In this document: positions 37,601 through 49,718 of the stretch, piece after piece | Position numbering within the stretch: position 1 is the stretch's first letter | Layout of the letters: each line of letters begins with the position of its first letter | Source of the DNA: a virus | Length of the DNA: 64,000 nucleotides | Reading direction: 5' to 3' (one strand) | IMG/VR virus record: IMGVR_UViG_3300025684_000016 | Location: 10,842-74,841 of that record | Position numbers and translations under genes: made by a program | The notes under the pieces: generated by a model | Database searches by the model: none | Told to the model about the DNA's origin: nothing | Seen by the model: only the letters and a program-made list of their open reading frames with translations

Positions 37601-40600
37601 CTGAGAATTCTCTTTCACAGAAACTCCCATCCTGTATTGTTATCGTGTATGTACCCGCAGATAAATTACTTATTGTACGAGTAGTCCCATCATCATCTTC
37701 AAATTCTCCATCATCAAATTTTATCTTATACGGACCACCATTACCACCACCAATTTGAGTTATTCTAATTTCACCCGAACTGAGTCCATTACATAATGTA
37801 TTTGTTTTGGATAGTGATAAAGTTATTGCCGACTTAGTTAGTACTACCGTTCTTGAACTTGTACACCCATTTTCGTCAGTTGCAACTAAAGTGTAATTAC
37901 GTTCATCCAACCCTGTTTGGGAAAGATCCGTAATTGCCACACCATTTAACGTATATGTTTTGGTTCCTGTTCCCCCACCAACGGTGAAAGTAATTGTACC
38001 ATCAGAATCACCATCACATGTTGGATCTGTATGAGTATCGGATATGAATATTGCTGATGGTTTTGTAATTGTTTTACTTATAGTACCTATTTCACCATTA
38101 CTATCTTTTATGTAAATTGTGTATGTCCCTGAATCGAGATTTGAAAATGTCGTTGATGTTTGGTAATTAGTACCGTTAATTGAATATGTATATGGTGAAT
38201 CACCTCCCGTAGTTGAGGTAACCTCAATACTACCATCCCTTAAGTTGTTACATGTAATATTGGTTACATTCGCAGTACCTGATACAGATATATTTGTTAT
38301 TGATATGGTTATTTTCTTTTCATACCATAACCCTCCTTGATCTGTCGATCTTACTCTTATTGTGTATGAATTCTTGGTTTCATAATCAAAAACTTCTTTG
38401 CTTTTTAAGGTTGTTCCGTCTATATAGAATGAACCATTGTTGGTATCTCCAAGACCACTTACTAATGTATATGTAAATGTATTTCCTGCGTCAGGGTCTG
38501 TTGTGGATAATGTTCCTACAGTGGACCCTGTTACCACATTCTCATCAATAGATGAATTAGATAATGATATGTTTGTTGGAGTTTCATTAACATTAGTTAC
38601 ATTAATAGTAAACGATTCTTCTCTATATAAACCACCTTGGTCTGTTGATCTTACTCTAACTGAATAAGTGTTCTTAACTTCATAGTTGAATACTTCACTA
38701 CTTTGAATATTATTACCACTTATGTTAAATGAACTATTATTAGTGTCACCCACACCACTTACTAATGTATATGTAAATGTATTTCCTGCGTCAGGGTCCG
38801 TGGTTGAGAATTGACCAACCGTAGTACCCGTAGAACTATTTTCAGGAATATTATTATCTGATAAAATTATATCTGTAGGTGCTTCGTTTGCGTTGGTGAT
38901 ATTAATTGTTACTGATCTTTCGTGTGTTAAACCACCTGAATCTGTTGCTTTGACTCTTATTGTATACGAGTTTTTAACTTCGTAGTTAAACACCTCGTTA
39001 GATGTCAGAGTACCATTACTATTCAAACTAAACGAATCGTTGTTGGTATCTCCAAGACCACTTACCAATTCAAAAGTATGTGTATCGCCCGCATCAACAT
39101 CGGTGGCGGTGAATGTAGTCACTGTTGTTCCTGTCGATTGATTTTCTTGAAATGACACTGTTGATGGTGTTATGTTAGAAGGGGTTTCGTTAAGATCTGT
39201 AATCAAAATCGTAAATATACCTATGTAGGTTAATCCCCCCGAATCAGTAGTTTTTACTCTTATAGAATAACTGTTCTTACCTTCATAGTTATAAACTTCT
39301 TTACTTTTTAGAACACCACCACTTGTTAATGTAAATGAATCATTATTAGTATCTCCTAAACCACTAACAAGTTCATAAGAATGACTATCTCCCGAATCAA
39401 CATCCGTACTACTGAAAGTACCTATTGTTGTTCCTGTAGATTGATTTTCCGCAATACTATTACTTGATAAGGATAAATTTGTTGGTGATTCATTAACGTC
39501 AAGTACTGAAATTGTAAATGTATCCGTATAAGTGTTATTACCACTATCCGTAACCGTCACTTCAATACTATAAGAGTTTTTAACCTCATAATTAAAAACT
39601 ATTGCATTTTTGAGTACACCCGTACTTGATAAGGCGAACGCCGAATTATTATTACCACTACCCGTTAGTGCGTATGTGAATGTTTCGTTACTATCAACAT
39701 CTAACCCTGAAAAAATACCAATTGTTGTCCCCGTTGATGTGTTTTCACTTTGTGAATTATTACTTAAGGTTAAACCGTATGGTGTTTCATTAACATCAAC
39801 TATGTCTACCGTAAATTCTCTTGTATTACTTAAACCACCATCATCAGTTGCTTTAACATATAATGTGTATAAACTTTTTACCTCGTGATTAAAAACTTGT
39901 GCATTAGATAAAACCTCATTAGTTAACGTAAATGAATTATTGTCGGGGTAATTTGCACTATCTGTAAATTCCCACGTAATGGTTCCACCCTCAGTATCGT
40001 CAGCAACTAAACTACCAATAGTAGTTCCTGTTGCAGTATTCTCTGTTTGACTAAAATTTGGTAATCTAATCCTTGGTGATGTATTTGTTGTTACGTCTAC
40101 ATCAAAGTCACAATTAATTGTTGGTGACGGAGATGGACTCGGTGTAGGGGTTGGTAATGCCGTTGGTCTTGGAGTCGCGCTAAACGTCGGAGACGGAGAT
40201 GGACTCGGTGATGGACTCGGTGACGGAGACGGACTTGGGCTCGGTGATGGGGATGGACTTGGGCTTGGTGTAGGTGATGGACTCGGTGTAGGAGTTGGGG
40301 TCGCAATATCAATGTCAACATCGAAATCACAATTCGGAGTTGGAGTTGGACTTGGGCTCGGGCTTGGTGACGGAGACGGACTCGGTGACGGAGATGGACT
40401 CGGTGACGGAGACGGTGTAGGTGTAGGGTTAGGGGTTGAACTCGGTGATGGTGACGGTGTAGGTGATGCCGTTGGATTTGGTGTTGCACTCGGTGTTGCC
40501 GTTGGTAACGGAGTTGGTAATAGAATGGTGTCCTCAATTAGACACGAGTCGTTATATAATAATACCGACACCGCACTATCAGGTATCTCAACCTTTACAC

Positions 40601-40757
40601 CTGGTGACGTAATTAAATCATTATATGTAACACCAGTTGCTGGTAATGTGGTACTAACTCTTGTGGCAATATTTGACGGACCCACCAAATCATAGTAGAT
40701 TGTGTAATCACTATGTGATGTCCCTGATGTAATTAATATGTTAAATATTCTTGCCAT
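34620..40757 (-). CDS. Giant adhesin-like virion protein: N-domain, PS/PT linker, 6 cadherin-like repeats, ~14 SprB repeats (2045 aa)
   Basis: xNExP...EN...GT.(I/V)G...TDxDxG...(N/D)YE.K.SY.I.V..TD.GG cadherin pattern x6; (P/V)(T/S)C.G..DG.I...GG...Y...L..G.Y.I...D..GC SprB pattern. Confidence 0.85.
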   Translation of the reverse strand: MARIFNILITSGTSHSDYTIYYDLVGPSNIATRVSTTLPATGVTYNDLITSPGVKVEIPDSAVSVLLYNDSCLIEDTILLPTPLPTATPSATPNPTASPTPSPSPSSTPNPTPTPSPSPSPSPSPSPSPSPSPSPSPTPTPNCDFDVDIDIATPTPTPSPSPTPSPSPSPSPSPSPSPSPSPSPSPSPSPTFSATPRPTALPTPTPSPSPSPTINCDFDVDVTTNTSPRIRLPNFSQTENTATGTTIGSLVADDTEGGTITWEFTDSANYPDNNSFTLTNEVLSNAQVFNHEVKSLYTLYVKATDDGGLSNTREFTVDIVDVNETPYGLTLSNNSQSENTSTGTTIGIFSGLDVDSNETFTYALTGSGNNNSAFALSSTGVLKNAIVFNYEVKNSYSIEVTVTDSGNNTYTDTFTISVLDVNESPTNLSLSSNSIAENQSTGTTIGTFSSTDVDSGDSHSYELVSGLGDTNNDSFTLTSGGVLKSKEVYNYEGKNSYSIRVKTTDSGGLTYIGIFTILITDLNETPSNITPSTVSFQENQSTGTTVTTFTATDVDAGDTHTFELVSGLGDTNNDSFSLNSNGTLTSNEVFNYEVKNSYTIRVKATDSGGLTHERSVTINITNANEAPTDIILSDNNIPENSSTGTTVGQFSTTDPDAGNTFTYTLVSGVGDTNNSSFNISGNNIQSSEVFNYEVKNTYSVRVRSTDQGGLYREESFTINVTNVNETPTNISLSNSSIDENVVTGSTVGTLSTTDPDAGNTFTYTLVSGLGDTNNGSFYIDGTTLKSKEVFDYETKNSYTIRVRSTDQGGLWYEKKITISITNISVSGTANVTNITCNNLRDGSIEVTSTTGGDSPYTYSINGTNYQTSTTFSNLDSGTYTIYIKDSNGEIGTISKTITKPSAIFISDTHTDPTCDGDSDGTITFTVGGGTGTKTYTLNGVAITDLSQTGLDERNYTLVATDENGCTSSRTVVLTKSAITLSLSKTNTLCNGLSSGEIRITQIGGGNGGPYKIKFDDGEFEDDDGTTRTISNLSAGTYTITIQDGSFCEREFSVTITEPTQVSFTSTHTDPTCWDGSDGEIVITATGGSGTYEYTKDGFQWGPSGTFTGLTTGNYTLDVRDSNLCTTTGSSSLTLSKSAPILTWSFTNVTCNGAGDGTISVANPSGGNGGIYQVKINKLGTYIDLPNNTIEEYTSLVPGTYTIYIKDGEGCVKTYTQTISEPTTLTHTTTFVNPTCSDDTDGSITVSASGGSGTKVYSKDGGTNYQSSNVFNSLGTGTYSIKVKDGGNCTSSSTRTLTKSIVSASIYNNDVSCYGGNDGDITLASITGGNGGQYQFKFSSGNWTNFSTPVTFGTKTAGNYTIQVRDSELCSRSYTVTVTQPTNLVASVVVTDPTCTSSTDGQIVISSTGGSGSKLYSINGVNYYTSGTFTGLTIGGGTAYVKDANQCIDTQSYSLSKSLPQATIVTTNPLCNKQVTGSFVVSSPSGGNGGTYSVRLDTGSWTTTFPKTYSSLGATSYTIQVRDGEGCVRSYSKTITEPTAITISSTFSNPTCIGGSDGSITWTVGGGTGTKTYTQNGVAITDLSQTNLEEGTYTLIATDENGCTKSLSRTLSKSAVSAIVSHSNPTCYGGTGSISVSSPSGGNGGTYSVKLGSGSYTTTFPKTYSSLVAGSYTIYIKDGSGCTSTYTRTITVPTQVSFTTTLTHPSCSGDNDGKIVINASGGSGSYTYSLNNGFSYQASNTFSTLSEAIYLIRVKDTSDCVRTGSAQLNKTDPSATFVMSSVSCNGGSDGEITVSSPTGGNGGTYNSKIGSGTYSTTFPKTYSSLSSGNHVITIKDGDGCEKAYIINVTQPTAGTATISSFTVGPNGNIVVTSSGGTWNKTYRLYNDTTSPYTVGGGTLVATITGVTSGNPSQTFSNLVEGYYYVVVTDANGCPVGTSPIQSTFGDEGVSKCNCIEVSVPSSYLTNASNQDLYYINNDCEAGETSVNLNSQLSMENGGVNTFYFCSKPTLSNMFKYGPSGDSFISEFADISSNGSPCDNNFDCGVI

Positions 40758-40802
40758 TATTAAAATATATACTTTTTATATTGTTTTATGTACTCATTAT
40801 TC

Positions 40803-43800
40803 CTAACAACTTGGAATTGTATAACCTAAATTATTCATTGCGTTTACTATTAGATCCATATAATATTGTGGTGTACTTCCTGCAATCGTATCTTGAACAC
40901 AACTAACTTCAGTTTTATCACTTAATCCCGCAGTTCCCGAATAATAACCCGTTCCACTAAACAACGCATTCATAAATGCTTGATATTGTGGGTATGCATC
41001 GTTTCCACCACTTAAAGTGTCCACTTGGAATATTATTCCTCTATGTGACGTTGAGCTGGTTGCGTTGGTCAAATTAGTTCTTAAGAGTGTAATATCACTA
41101 TTACCCACTGTACTACCATTTGTCCAACCACTAACCGTTGGTGATTCTGCTTCGTATGAGTTACTCTCATCTGCGAATGCTAAATTCACCACATTCCTTG
41201 ACGGATCTGATGGTTGAGTTGCAATCCAACTAATCGCCCTTTCATTACTAATACTTGTTATTGTTACTCTTGAATTATATAAGTTAACATCATTATCATA
41301 GAATGGTAATAAACAATTCTGTAAAAGAGTACTCCTCATTGTATTAAGTGGACTTAGTGTTGAGTTCATTGAACCTGAACTATCAAAGAATATATTTATC
41401 TCCGTATCTGTACTAACCACTATCTCTTCCTGAATAACCTCAGTCGCTTGAACCTCAAAAGTACAATCACATAATATGTGTACATATTCTAAATCAAATA
41501 ACGTCTGATTCCATTCGGCAACAACAAACACCGCATTATTATTAGAGTCAATAAATCTAATTCCTGTGTCGTATAAAATATTTGTACCATGAGGTGTTAA
41601 ATTACCTAATGAGTGATCCACACTACTAACTTGGGTACCGACAGGTGTTACGTGTTGTCCAACACAACTTGTGTTAGATCCACCAGAATAACCACGTACA
41701 TAAACTAAACATGATGTGGAATCATACCACCATTCTTCACCGTCAGTATCAACACCAGGTGTCTCAGCACAATACCCACCTAAATCATATATTCCAGCTC
41801 CACTAACTCCTGTTCCTGTGGACACGAATAAACCACTAAAGATTTCAGTTCCACAATTTGGTGGACAACCTACCGATGTAGGACTTGGACTCGGACTCGG
41901 TGATGGACTCGGAGAAGGAGATGGACTTGGTGTAGGACTCGGACTCGGAGATGGACTTGGTGTAGGACTCGCAGTTGGGTTTGGTGTAGCACTTGGGCTT
42001 GGTGTTGGTGTAGGAGTTGCAATATCTATGTCAACATCAAAATCACAATTCGGAGTTGCCGAAGGTGATGGAGACGGTGATGGTGATGGTGTAGGACTTG
42101 CAGTCACACTTGGTGTTGGTGATGGACTTGGGCTTGGTGATGGTGTTGGTGATGGTGACGGACTTGGTGTAGGACTCGCAGTTGCATCAGGTGTCACACT
42201 TGGTGATGGTGATGGACTTGCAGTTGGATTTGGTGTCGAACTTGGACTCGGCGTAGGAGTTGGTGTAGCAATATCTATATCAACATCGAAATCACAATTC
42301 GGAGTTGCCGATGGTGATGGGGTTGGAGTTGAACTCGCGGTCGTACTTGGTGATGGTGACGGACTTGGTGTAGGACTCGCAGTTGTACTTGGACTTGGTG
42401 ACGGTGTAGGTGATGGACTTGGCGTAGGAGTTGGGGTAGCAATATCTATATCAACATCGAAATCACAATTAACCGTTGGTGACGGTGAAGGAGATGGTGA
42501 TGGTGACGGACTTGGTGATGGGCTCGGAGATGGGCTTGGCGTCGGACTCGCAGTCACACTTGGTGATGGAGATGGACTCGGACTTGGTGATGGTGTAGGA
42601 CTCGCACTCGGCATAGGAGTTGGAGTTGCAATGTTTATATCAACATCGAAATCACAATTTATTGTTGGTGTAGGAGATGTCGACGGACTCGGTGATGGTG
42701 TAGGAAATTGTGTAGCATCAGGTGTTGCCGGTGGTGTTGCAGTTGGGTCAGGTGTTGGTGCTGGTGTTGCCGAAGGTGATGGGGTTGCAGTTGGGGTAGC
42801 AATATCTATATCTACGTCAAAGTCACAATTCGGGGTTACCGACGGACTTGGGCTTGGTGATGGTGATGGTGTAGGACTCGCAGTTGTACTCGGACTCGGT
42901 GATGGAGATGGAGATGGGGTTGGACTTGCAGTTGTACTCGGACTTGGTGATGGTGTAGGACTCGCACTCGGCATAGGAGTTGGAGTTGCAATGTTTATAT
43001 CAACATCGAAATCACAATTCGGGGTTGCTGATGGTGATGGACTTGGTGATGGACTTGGCGTCGGACTTGCCGTTACACTCGGACTCGGTGATGGAGAAGG
43101 AGATGGTGTAGGACTTGGGCTTGGTGTAGGACTACTTGAAGGTGCAGGTGTTGGTGTCGCAATGTTTATATCAACATCAAAGTCACAATTAGCCGTAGCC
43201 GATGGACTTGGGCTTGGTGATGGTGATGGTGATGGTGTAGGACTCGGGCTTGGTGTAGGAGTTGGGGTAGCAATATCTATATCAACATCGAAATCACAAT
43301 TAACCGTTGGTGTAGGACTTGCCGTTACACTTGGACTTGGTGATGGAGATGGGCTCGGACTTGGGCTCGGTGATGGTGTCGGACTACTTGAAGGTGCGGG
43401 TGTTGGAGTCGCAATGTTTATATCAACATCAAAGTCACAATTTTCTGTAACTGTTGGTGTAGGTGATGGAGATGGTGTTGGTGTAGGAGTTGCAATATCT
43501 ATGTCAACATCAAAATCACAATTAGCGGTAACTGTTGGTGTAGGTGATGCAGACGGTGAAGGAGTTGGAGTTGCAATGTTAATATCAACATCGAAATCAC
43601 AATTTTCTGTAACTGTTGGTGTAGGACTCGGGCTTGGCGTAGGAGTTGGAGTTGCAATATCAACGTCCACGTCGAAATCACAATTTTCTGTAACTGTTGG
43701 AGTTGGAGATGGGCTTGGCGTAGGAGTTGGTGTAGCAATATCAACGTCCACGTCGAAATCACAATTTATCGTTGGTGTAGGACTTGCAGTCACACTTGGT

Positions 43801-46800
43801 GAAGGGGTCGGAGTCGCAATGTTTATATCAACATCAAAGTCACAATTTTCTGTAACTGTTGGAGTTGGAGATGGTGTTGGAGTCGCAGTTGGTCCCGCAA
43901 TATCTATATCCACGTCGAAATCACAGTTCGGTATATCTATATCCACGTCGAAATCACAGTTCGGTGTTGCCGAAGGTGATGGTGACGGTGTAGGACTTGC
44001 AGTCACACTTGGTGAAGGACTTGGTGATGGTGTCGGACTACTTGAAGGTGATGGTGATGGTGTCGGACTTGCAGTCACACTTGGTGAAGGACTTGGTGAT
44101 GGGCTCGGTGTAGGAGATGGGGTTGGACTTGCGGTCACACTTGGTGTTGGTGCCGGTGTTGCAGTTGGTGGTTGTGTTGGTCCTGGTGTGGGTGTAGGTA
44201 TGTCATTACAATCCTCAGTATAAATTGGTCGATTTAAATCTTCAATTGAAGGTATAACAGCACAATCTAATTGGTCTTGGAAATATTGTTGAGCACTTAA
44301 TGATAAATCCTCAAATGTTTGTTGTGGATAGTGAACTAAAATACAGTCGTCATCATCTCCGTTATATAAAATAACCTGTGGATATGCCACTTCAGACACT
44401 TGTGTCATTGTTAAGTGATAAAATAATTCACGTTCACAATATTCTAAATCTAAACTCGTAACTTCAATTGGGAAACCAAATTCATTAATAAGATAATCAC
44501 CTTTTATGAAGTAATCCTTATCATATGTACAACATGGGTCAACACCTTGTTCTAAAGGTCTAACAAATAAATCTTCAGGGTATTTTTCTGTAAATTCCCA
44601 CAAACCACTCACTTTAGTTAATACCCTCACCTTTGTATTTGGTAGGATTCTAAAACGATCATTAATGACGTTCATTTTAGTAGTCCCCAAACAATCAATA
44701 TTATCTACAGTAACTTCAGTGTAGTTCTGACCAAATGAGAATCCATTTAAAACTGAGTCTCTAAAATCTTCAGAACCAAACGGACATGACAAATATTCAC
44801 CCGACAACAATCTATCACCATCATTCACTTCTTGAGCCTTGATTCGTACTATATTATTACCATTAATTAATGTCTGTATATCTTCCCATGTTGTGGTTGA
44901 TGATATAACCACCGCATTGTCTACAATTTTTAAAACTGTACTATCTTGTTTTATTCCATAATCAAATGTTGGTCGATACTGTACCTTAGGATGTATAGTA
45001 TATCCAAGGTAATTATCACAATATGTTATACCACTTAGAGTCTCTATTGCCACATTACCATTTTCTGGTAATTCACCAGGTAAAAAAGATTCTACAGAAT
45101 ATTCAACATAATGACTTTTTGGTTCTGTAACCGTATCATTAATTGGATCCCATTCTAATTTTTGTTGTAACCCCTCAATTCTTACTTTTTGATCACAGTT
45201 TGCTGCGTCGGTGATTGATATATCAATGACATCATGTTCTCTTACATTTTTTACTATAAATGTACAACCCGACACATAATCAACCACATAAGATGGTGGT
45301 TCTGAAATACCCTCATTGTAATCACCAAGACAATTAATGAATATGTTAACCGGCCAATCAGTATTGTATGGTGGACATGTATCACACACATCACCATTAT
45401 CAACAGTATCTTCATTTCCAAATGTTATACCTGATACCTCAAAATAAACGTCTGACACTAACACACATTCGTCAGGATCTTCAGGTAATGTATACATTGT
45501 ACCATCACCATATACCTTAACTTTAGGGTCACATTTTGTTGTTCCTGTTAGGTAAACCGAATCAAAATAGAAATCAAACGTACTCGGATCTAAACAATCA
45601 AAATCAACAGGTGTATATGTCACATAAGGTGATCCCGTTGCACTATATAATTGTAAATTATAAACGTAGGGTACAATTGCAATTTTTTGAATACCATCCG
45701 TATCTGTAAAAATTCTATAATCTAATAAAGGTGCGTATTCATAATCATATGTTTCAGTCACTTTCGCAACACCACTAACATCATCAGTTGTATCACTTAG
45801 TTCGTTTGTGAATGCCGTAGATATTGATGTATTACCACTTACTTTAAATTCTTCCCATCCAGCATGGTTGTTAATTAACCCACCATGACCAGTGTATTTT
45901 GTTTTCTTATAATATGTCTTATTGATTTGATTATCAATAATATCTTTTATTTCGTCAATCCAAAGACATTCTAAAATCTCCAATTGTGGTTCTAAATAAC
46001 ATTTAAAATCACATAATAGTGGTAAGTGTACCGTTTTATCAAATTGGGTACCTCCACTTGTCACTGATTCTTGTGTTAATGTTGTTATCCCTGAAAATTC
46101 AAGAAACTCAACAGTTTGAGCACAATTATCATTATCAAAGTATACATTTTCAATGTCAGTACATTCAGATGTTATTGTGTATGGATCGAATAACCCCGCA
46201 TGATTATGATTAACAAGTATTTCATCACATGTTGAACCAGTTACTGTTTGTGTCTCACCACTAATGACAATATCAGTATCACCAGTAAATGTCAACCCAT
46301 TAAAGTCAATATGAAGTGTGTAAGTCACACCACTTACAACTGTAAGTCCCCTGAAATTATCATGGTCACCTAAAATTGTTTCTAAATCTTCTTCAATTAC
46401 ATCCTCAAACTTAGGAAAAAGGTTTTGTGTAAACTCATTTGGTAAACATGGTTTCTCATATTCAAACTTAGATCTTCCAATTCTACCGTTTTCAATGATA
46501 TTACCACCAGTCCATAGTGTTGTGGCAGGAACAAATTGTTCAATCACTTGTGTCCAATAAGGACTCATTCGGTTTATAAATTCACTAACAGTAGGTAAAC
46601 TATATGGATTGGACACCTTTGATAGGTAACCCTCATATATGTCTTCTAACTGTATATAATTCTTTTTATATCGAATTATGTGTGTGTTACGTATTTGTTC
46701 GTTTAAAACGTGTTCAGTGTACTCAGCAAACGTGAATCCTGTCTGTGGTTCTAACGTTGCACGACCAAACGACACTTTTAATTCTCTACTTTGTCTGTAT

Positions 46801-48779
46801 ATGTCATTATCAACACCTTGTGACGATGAAAGATAGATTTGAATATTTTTTCTGTTAAGGATTCTTGAATCTTCATCTTCTAAAACTTCTGTCTTATCAT
46901 TGTCAACCGTGTTATGTAATTCATAACCGTAATCTAAACCCGAAAACTGTCTATATAGGTCAAAATAGTCCTCACCATAGGTGAAATCTTTGTTTTTAGT
47001 CTTTATAACTTTAGGGTTCAAAGTCAAGTTTGAATTCTCAGTATCTAACTCAGTTGATGATCTGTGGTCTAATGTTATATCATACCATCCAGCACCTTTT
47101 TGGAAGAATGTGTCTTGTTTTTCACTTTCTATACCCTTTATATCCCCATATTGTGATTTACCCGACACAAGACTTACAGGGTATTCACCCTCACTATAAA
47201 GTGTGGAACCTGTGGTAGTTACACTATTGTAACTAAAACCTGTTGTTGATAATGATCCCACTTTAAAGGTTTTATCACCTTGAATAAGGTCATAAACATC
47301 ACTATCAATGTCACTCGTTGTCTTTTTTACTTGATCGTAACGGTAAACATATTCGTTAATATTAATCAACGGTTCAGGTGCACCAATAAATCTTAAAAAG
47401 AATTCAATTGCTTTCCTTGTACCTTTTGATTTGTAAATGTGTGAAAGGTTGATGACAAGTCTTCTGTAAAACTCAGTCTCTGCTTCCACCATATTCATTC
47501 CAACACCAACACCATCGTACTGACTGTCAACTCTTGTGTAAAGTGAATCCTGTAGATTCTTTTCGTCAAATAGGTTTAAAGTGTCTAAACCAAGTGTGTT
47601 GGATAAGTTTTTTAAAAGTACGTCAGGTAGGTTATTAATACGATCATAACTCACATTTCTCATGTAAGCGATATTATCAATAAACTTCTTAACCTGATCA
47701 AAACTATGACCAAGTAACTGAGTTGCCGAGTCAAATCTTCTATCCTCAGTATCAAATTCGTATAATGATGCGGTCGTTAAAAATCTTGAAACTACATTCG
47801 ATTTGTAATTATCAATACGTTCACCGAGTATACTTAACTCTTCAACATAATTTATGTATGCACTTCCCGATATCTTTAAATTCCATTTATCCCTATATAG
47901 TGGCCACGAAATCTCATTAGTTTTTAGTTCTGTTTTTGAACCATCGAAACTATCTTCAGGTGCTCTGAACTTTGCGGTGTATTTTATTTTAGATTCACGA
48001 TTTAATAAAACCGATTCTAAGTCATCTAACCCTTCAAAAAATTCTTCAACAACACTATTGTTCGGTCTTATTAAAAAACTATCGTCATATGTTGATGCCC
48101 CACCAAATGGAGACCCTTTTACCGTTAGACTTACTAACCCACTTAAATTAACCTCAGTATAACTTATAACCTGATATGAAATCGAATTTACTTCTAATTC
48201 ATATCTCTTAAAAGAATCGTAAAAATTCTTAATAGTGTTCGTTGTCTCAGGTAATGTATTACTCTTTGGTTTTTCAAGAATAACATCTAACGGATTGAAT
48301 ATTTTACTATTTTCAATCTGAAATGAAGTTACATTGGTTTTCTTATTATATGTAGAATTTAACGCGGTAAATAACGTAGATGCCGTTGGGGTTTCTTTAT
48401 CAATATAAATTCCAGCTGGAAACTTACCAATGATTCTTGATACGGATACCTGTAATCTTTGTTTTAGTGAACCAAATAAAGATTTACCACCATCTTCATT
48501 AGATTTTCTAAAGGTTACCTTATCCTTTCTTCTTTTAGTTGTAATTGTAGAGACACCACTTTCAATTGGTTCCTCTTCTTTAATGTCCTCAAATGTGAGG
48601 TATTCAGAAAATGGTTTAGATTGGAATGATTTTTTATCCCTTTGGGGAATACTTTTATCCAATGCAAAGTTCGCAGAGGTCAGCTGACTTGTACCATCGG
48701 TAATTTGATTACCGACCAAGTTGTCATTAAAGGTTTCCCTCCCACTCGCCGCTTGACTTGGAACTTTTCTTTTCGCCAT
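40803..48779 (-). CDS. Giant baseplate wedge (gp7/P2-I-like) protein with Hint-like domain, PS/PT repeat array and C-terminal vWA-like domain (2658 aa)
   Basis: [14 protein letters not shown] and [19 protein letters not shown] baseplate-wedge motifs; 16 NCDFDVD repeats; [11 protein letters not shown] near the C-terminus. Confidence 0.75.
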   Translation of the reverse strand: MAKRKVPSQAASGRETFNDNLVGNQITDGTSQLTSANFALDKSIPQRDKKSFQSKPFSEYLTFEDIKEEEPIESGVSTITTKRRKDKVTFRKSNEDGGKSLFGSLKQRLQVSVSRIIGKFPAGIYIDKETPTASTLFTALNSTYNKKTNVTSFQIENSKIFNPLDVILEKPKSNTLPETTNTIKNFYDSFKRYELEVNSISYQVISYTEVNLSGLVSLTVKGSPFGGASTYDDSFLIRPNNSVVEEFFEGLDDLESVLLNRESKIKYTAKFRAPEDSFDGSKTELKTNEISWPLYRDKWNLKISGSAYINYVEELSILGERIDNYKSNVVSRFLTTASLYEFDTEDRRFDSATQLLGHSFDQVKKFIDNIAYMRNVSYDRINNLPDVLLKNLSNTLGLDTLNLFDEKNLQDSLYTRVDSQYDGVGVGMNMVEAETEFYRRLVINLSHIYKSKGTRKAIEFFLRFIGAPEPLININEYVYRYDQVKKTTSDIDSDVYDLIQGDKTFKVGSLSTTGFSYNSVTTTGSTLYSEGEYPVSLVSGKSQYGDIKGIESEKQDTFFQKGAGWYDITLDHRSSTELDTENSNLTLNPKVIKTKNKDFTYGEDYFDLYRQFSGLDYGYELHNTVDNDKTEVLEDEDSRILNRKNIQIYLSSSQGVDNDIYRQSRELKVSFGRATLEPQTGFTFAEYTEHVLNEQIRNTHIIRYKKNYIQLEDIYEGYLSKVSNPYSLPTVSEFINRMSPYWTQVIEQFVPATTLWTGGNIIENGRIGRSKFEYEKPCLPNEFTQNLFPKFEDVIEEDLETILGDHDNFRGLTVVSGVTYTLHIDFNGLTFTGDTDIVISGETQTVTGSTCDEILVNHNHAGLFDPYTITSECTDIENVYFDNDNCAQTVEFLEFSGITTLTQESVTSGGTQFDKTVHLPLLCDFKCYLEPQLEILECLWIDEIKDIIDNQINKTYYKKTKYTGHGGLINNHAGWEEFKVSGNTSISTAFTNELSDTTDDVSGVAKVTETYDYEYAPLLDYRIFTDTDGIQKIAIVPYVYNLQLYSATGSPYVTYTPVDFDCLDPSTFDFYFDSVYLTGTTKCDPKVKVYGDGTMYTLPEDPDECVLVSDVYFEVSGITFGNEDTVDNGDVCDTCPPYNTDWPVNIFINCLGDYNEGISEPPSYVVDYVSGCTFIVKNVREHDVIDISITDAANCDQKVRIEGLQQKLEWDPINDTVTEPKSHYVEYSVESFLPGELPENGNVAIETLSGITYCDNYLGYTIHPKVQYRPTFDYGIKQDSTVLKIVDNAVVISSTTTWEDIQTLINGNNIVRIKAQEVNDGDRLLSGEYLSCPFGSEDFRDSVLNGFSFGQNYTEVTVDNIDCLGTTKMNVINDRFRILPNTKVRVLTKVSGLWEFTEKYPEDLFVRPLEQGVDPCCTYDKDYFIKGDYLINEFGFPIEVTSLDLEYCERELFYHLTMTQVSEVAYPQVILYNGDDDDCILVHYPQQTFEDLSLSAQQYFQDQLDCAVIPSIEDLNRPIYTEDCNDIPTPTPGPTQPPTATPAPTPSVTASPTPSPTPSPSPSPSPSVTASPTPSPSPSSSPTPSPSPSPSVTASPTPSPSPSATPNCDFDVDIDIPNCDFDVDIDIAGPTATPTPSPTPTVTENCDFDVDINIATPTPSPSVTASPTPTINCDFDVDVDIATPTPTPSPSPTPTVTENCDFDVDVDIATPTPTPSPSPTPTVTENCDFDVDINIATPTPSPSASPTPTVTANCDFDVDIDIATPTPTPSPSPTPTVTENCDFDVDINIATPTPAPSSSPTPSPSPSPSPSPSPSPSVTASPTPTVNCDFDVDIDIATPTPTPSPSPTPSPSPSPSPSPSATANCDFDVDINIATPTPAPSSSPTPSPSPTPSPSPSPSPSVTASPTPSPSPSPSPSATPNCDFDVDINIATPTPMPSASPTPSPSPSTTASPTPSPSPSPSPSTTASPTPSPSPSPSPSVTPNCDFDVDIDIATPTATPSPSATPAPTPDPTATPPATPDATQFPTPSPSPSTSPTPTINCDFDVDINIATPTPMPSASPTPSPSPSPSPSPSVTASPTPSPSPSPSPSPSPSPSPSPSPTVNCDFDVDIDIATPTPTPSPSPTPSPSPSTTASPTPSPSPSPSTTASSTPTPSPSATPNCDFDVDIDIATPTPTPSPSSTPNPTASPSPSPSVTPDATASPTPSPSPSPTPSPSPSPSPTPSVTASPTPSPSPSPSPSATPNCDFDVDIDIATPTPTPSPSATPNPTASPTPSPSPSPSPTPSPSPSPSPSPSPSPSPTSVGCPPNCGTEIFSGLFVSTGTGVSGAGIYDLGGYCAETPGVDTDGEEWWYDSTSCLVYVRGYSGGSNTSCVGQHVTPVGTQVSSVDHSLGNLTPHGTNILYDTGIRFIDSNNNAVFVVAEWNQTLFDLEYVHILCDCTFEVQATEVIQEEIVVSTDTEINIFFDSSGSMNSTLSPLNTMRSTLLQNCLLPFYDNDVNLYNSRVTITSISNERAISWIATQPSDPSRNVVNLAFADESNSYEAESPTVSGWTNGSTVGNSDITLLRTNLTNATSSTSHRGIIFQVDTLSGGNDAYPQYQAFMNALFSGTGYYSGTAGLSDKTEVSCVQDTIAGSTPQYYMDLIVNAMNNLGYTIPSC
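41876..44200 (-). repeat. Coding repeat array: 16 x NCDFDVD(I/V)(D/N)I separated by variable (PS/PT)n linkers
   Basis: Plus-strand unit ~gcaatatctatatcaacatcgaaatcacaatt, with mostly synonymous variation, between ggtgatgga/ggactcggt low-complexity tracts. Confidence 0.95.
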
Positions 48780-49693
48780 TATTCTTGGATATCATCAAAA
48801 TTTTTAGTGTCATCAATTTCATCTCTCTCTTCTCTGATTTCATATAACGTTTCGTTAAACTCATCTTTAACTTCAAATAAGTTAAACTGTTTGTAGATGT
48901 TATCGGATTTATCATAGATGGTGTATATACCATCAGAAACTGATTTAGACTGATTACCGTAAAGTGCGTATGCTAACGTAGTGTCATCATGTTCAACCAT
49001 ATCAACCTCAATCGTTGTTGGGTTGAAGAATGTATTTGTGAAAATAATATTCTGTGATGGTTCACCAATAAACGGAACCGTATTCGGTCTGTTTGTCGGT
49101 GCTGAAGATGGTGTCACTGTTAGATACAAAAGATTAGTAATCGAGTCGGTATATTGATATCTAATAGCCTTCTGTGATGTACTTGTTAAATTTGATACTA
49201 TTGGTGTACAATAGAATGAAGATGTAACTACCCTATAAAAATTAGGTATTTTTGATCCATCATCGTTTAAATATTCTATTCTATACCCAGTTAATCCTTG
49301 AGGTGTGAATTTATTTCTGTCCCCTGATGGAACATTACTTAGATCTACAATAATCCCTCTCACTGATGGTAAGGACGCTAAGATCCCACAGTCAGTGATA
49401 CTTGTTCTAATTTGTTTGGGTCTAATATGTAACGTGTACACACCTAACTCATCGAAATCAGACGAACTTAATTTAAGATTGTATAAACCACCTAATATCT
49501 CAGTATCAGGTGCATTAGGACTATCCGTAGTATCTGAATTATGATATACAGGTGTTAGGACATCCTCCGAATTTAATTTTTTAAATTGCACTGGAGCCGT
49601 AGAGGTCCTACCCGATACATAGTGGAAGAAAATTTCCACATCGGATGGTGATACATCTGCCGGTCTAATTGTGCCATAACTACCTACTGCCAT
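48779..49693 (-). CDS. Virion structural protein of the baseplate region (304 aa)
   Basis: Coupled (TAATG) to the giant wedge gene; late motif upstream. Confidence 0.7.
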   Translation of the reverse strand: MAVGSYGTIRPADVSPSDVEIFFHYVSGRTSTAPVQFKKLNSEDVLTPVYHNSDTTDSPNAPDTEILGGLYNLKLSSSDFDELGVYTLHIRPKQIRTSITDCGILASLPSVRGIIVDLSNVPSGDRNKFTPQGLTGYRIEYLNDDGSKIPNFYRVVTSSFYCTPIVSNLTSTSQKAIRYQYTDSITNLLYLTVTPSSAPTNRPNTVPFIGEPSQNIIFTNTFFNPTTIEVDMVEHDDTTLAYALYGNQSKSVSDGIYTIYDKSDNIYKQFNLFEVKDEFNETLYEIREERDEIDDTKNFDDIQE

Positions 49694-49706
49694 ATTCTTT
49701 TAATTA

Positions 49707-49713
49707 ATAAATA
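49707..49713 (-). promoter_or_regulatory. Putative late promoter motif TATTTAT
   Basis: 13 nt upstream of ATG 49693. Confidence 0.5.
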
Positions 49714-49718
49714 TAATT

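Noticed and set aside
32777-41410. Diversity-generating retroelement (TR/VR) explanation for the duplicated C-terminal domain
   Set aside because: Both copies are coding and diverged at all base types, including indels. No reverse transcriptase is in the window.
41876-44200. CRISPR-like appearance (a ~30-nt repeat with variable spacers)
   Set aside because: Repeats are in frame within a long ORF and vary mainly at synonymous positions. Spacers are low-complexity Pro/Ser/Thr codons of very unequal length. No cas operon is present.
41716-44223. 835-aa plus-strand ORF (GDGLGVG repeats) and similar ORFs at 28985-29302, 33312-33521 and 40312-40695
   Set aside because: Antisense shadows of Pro/Ser/Thr repeats, whose reverse complements lack stop codons.
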